Shown: one piece after another, positions 62,486 to 64,000 of the stretch
Numbering within the stretch: position 1 is the stretch's first letter
Layout: the number at the start of each line of letters is the position of its first letter
Source of the DNA: Malacoraja senta
Lineage: Eukaryota
DNA length: 64,000 bases
Direction: 5' to 3'
Assembly: GCA_038087875.1 (NCBI GenBank)
Contig: CM075992.1
Location: 9,302,001-9,366,000, forward strand
Made by a program: the position numbers and the translations under genes
The notes under the pieces: generated by a model
The model's database searches: none
The model's input: only the letters and a program-made list of their open reading frames with translations
What the model was told of the DNA's origin: nothing

Positions 62486-63215
62486 GTGAGTAGTGTTCTG
62501 CTCGGAGGAGTGATCAAAGTTGTGGTTTAATATTGGGCATTAGGTCTCATCAAAACTGGGGAAATAAACTATGTCCCTATACATATCTCCCATTCTTTTA
62601 TGTTAGCTTTGGGGCTTTTCAGGGATTGTGGTGTGAAGATTTTTGTTTGTTGATTTGGTTAGTGTGTGTAAAAGCATCTCCTGTAGTATCACTTGCACTC
62701 AGTTTAGACTTTGGAGATACAGCGTGGAAACGGGCCCTTTGGCCCATTGAGTCTGTGCTGATCAGTGATCACCCTGTACGCTAGCACTATCCTGCACACT
62801 GGGGACGATTTACAATTTTACAGAAGCCAATTCACGTACAAACCTAACGTCTTTAGAGTGGTGGAGACCGGAACACCTGGAGAAAACACAGCGAGAATGT
62901 ACAAACCCCGTACAGACAGCACCCGTAGTCAGGATCGAACTGGGTCTCTGCTGCTGTAAGGCAGCAACCCGACTGCCACAGTCTTGGAACATTTCTGTAC
63001 AGATGCTAGAACAAATTAAATTGGGAGATACTTAGTGGCAGAAGTAAAATTAACTGTTGCAGGTTGATTACTTAACTTGCACACTACTTTGGGTGGTTGT
63101 TGTAGTAATAATTGAAGAGTTCTGGTTACAGTGTCCAGATGAAGTGATGCAGTTTAGTGCTGCAGCATTGCATGTGCTCAAGGCCAGCTGAAGCATCTTT
63201 CCTTCATTTTTCTAG

Positions 63216-63425
63216 GATGATGAATTCACACATCTGTATACCCTTATCGTCCGTCCTGACAATACATACGAAGTAAAAATTGACAACCAGAAAGTTGAAT
63301 CGGGTAGCTTGGAAGAAGACTGGGATTTCCTGCCACCAAAGACTATTAAAGATCCAGATGCCAAGAAACCAGATGACTGGGATGAGCGTGCAAAGATTGA
63401 TGATCCCGAGGATGTAAAACCTGAG
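63216..63425 (+). CDS. CALR: CALR exon 5 ([24 protein letters not shown]...[11 protein letters not shown])
   Basis: 210 nt, start of P-domain repeats, TAG/GT sites. Confidence 0.97.
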
Positions 63426-63516
63426 GTGACTGGGGCTGTTGCGGTAATGGCGTGGTTGCGTATTTAGATGGTGATTTCCTTCGTGGTCTCTTTACCTTCT
63501 GTTTTTCCCCCATCAG

Positions 63517-63630
63517 GACTGGGATAAGCCAGAGCATATTCCTGACCCTGATGCCAAGAAACCTGAAGATTGGGATGATGAGATGGATGGGGAATGGGAG
63601 CCACCTATGATTCAGAACCCCGAGTACAAG
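63517..63630 (+). CDS. CALR: CALR exon 6 ([38 protein letters not shown]); gene continues past window end
   Basis: 114 nt after a 91-nt intron, P-domain repeats, CAG/GT sites. Confidence 0.97.
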
Positions 63631-64000
63631 GTAGCCCTTGACTTTGCTTTTCTTACGGCATCAGCTTGCCTGTTCTGTATCAATGTATTGTTTGATATCT
63701 CATCCATGGAGCATCTCAGTGGGTCAGGCACCATCCCTGGAGTACGGTACTGAGAATGTGCTGCATGAATGCCAGCCTAGATTCAAGATCAAATTTCCAC
63801 TCTTACCCTGAAGGGTAGACCACAATGGTGGAGAAACTCAGTGAGACAGGCAGCATCTCTGGAGAGAAGGAAAGGGTGACGTTTTGGGGCGAGACCCTTC
63901 TTCAGACGTCTCAACCCAAAAGTCACCTATTCCTTCTCTCCAGAGTTGCCTGTCCCGCTGAGTTACTCCACCATTTTGTGTCTCTCTTTGGTTTAAACCA

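Overview
Repeat-rich vertebrate genomic DNA, most consistent with a cartilaginous fish (skate or ray; inferred from HE1-type V-SINEs, CR1/HER1 LINEs and Penelope tails). It holds two divergently transcribed housekeeping genes. FARSA (phenylalanyl-tRNA synthetase alpha) is on the minus strand with exons 1 and 3-6 visible; exon 2 probably lies in a 200-N assembly gap. CALR (calreticulin) is on the plus strand with exons 1-6, preceded by a TATA/ERSE promoter. The rest is mobile DNA: a structurally complete DIRS1 tyrosine-recombinase retrotransposon (ITRs plus ICR) nested in an L1 3' UTR, a Penelope-like element, RTE-X, L1, CR1 and Rex fragments, hAT and PIF/Harbinger MITEs, minisatellites and a 28S rRNA fragment. 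The main finding is three short (139-184 bp) TSD-flanked retroposons, from two families, whose first base is G1 of a minimal HDV-like ribozyme fold lacking P4. The fold has a CPEB3-type core (UUCACGU loop) and compensatory base-pair changes between families. One family shares its 3' tail with an RTE-X LINE in the same window. Many Penelope-derived short fold-back elements also carry minimal hammerhead ribozyme motifs.
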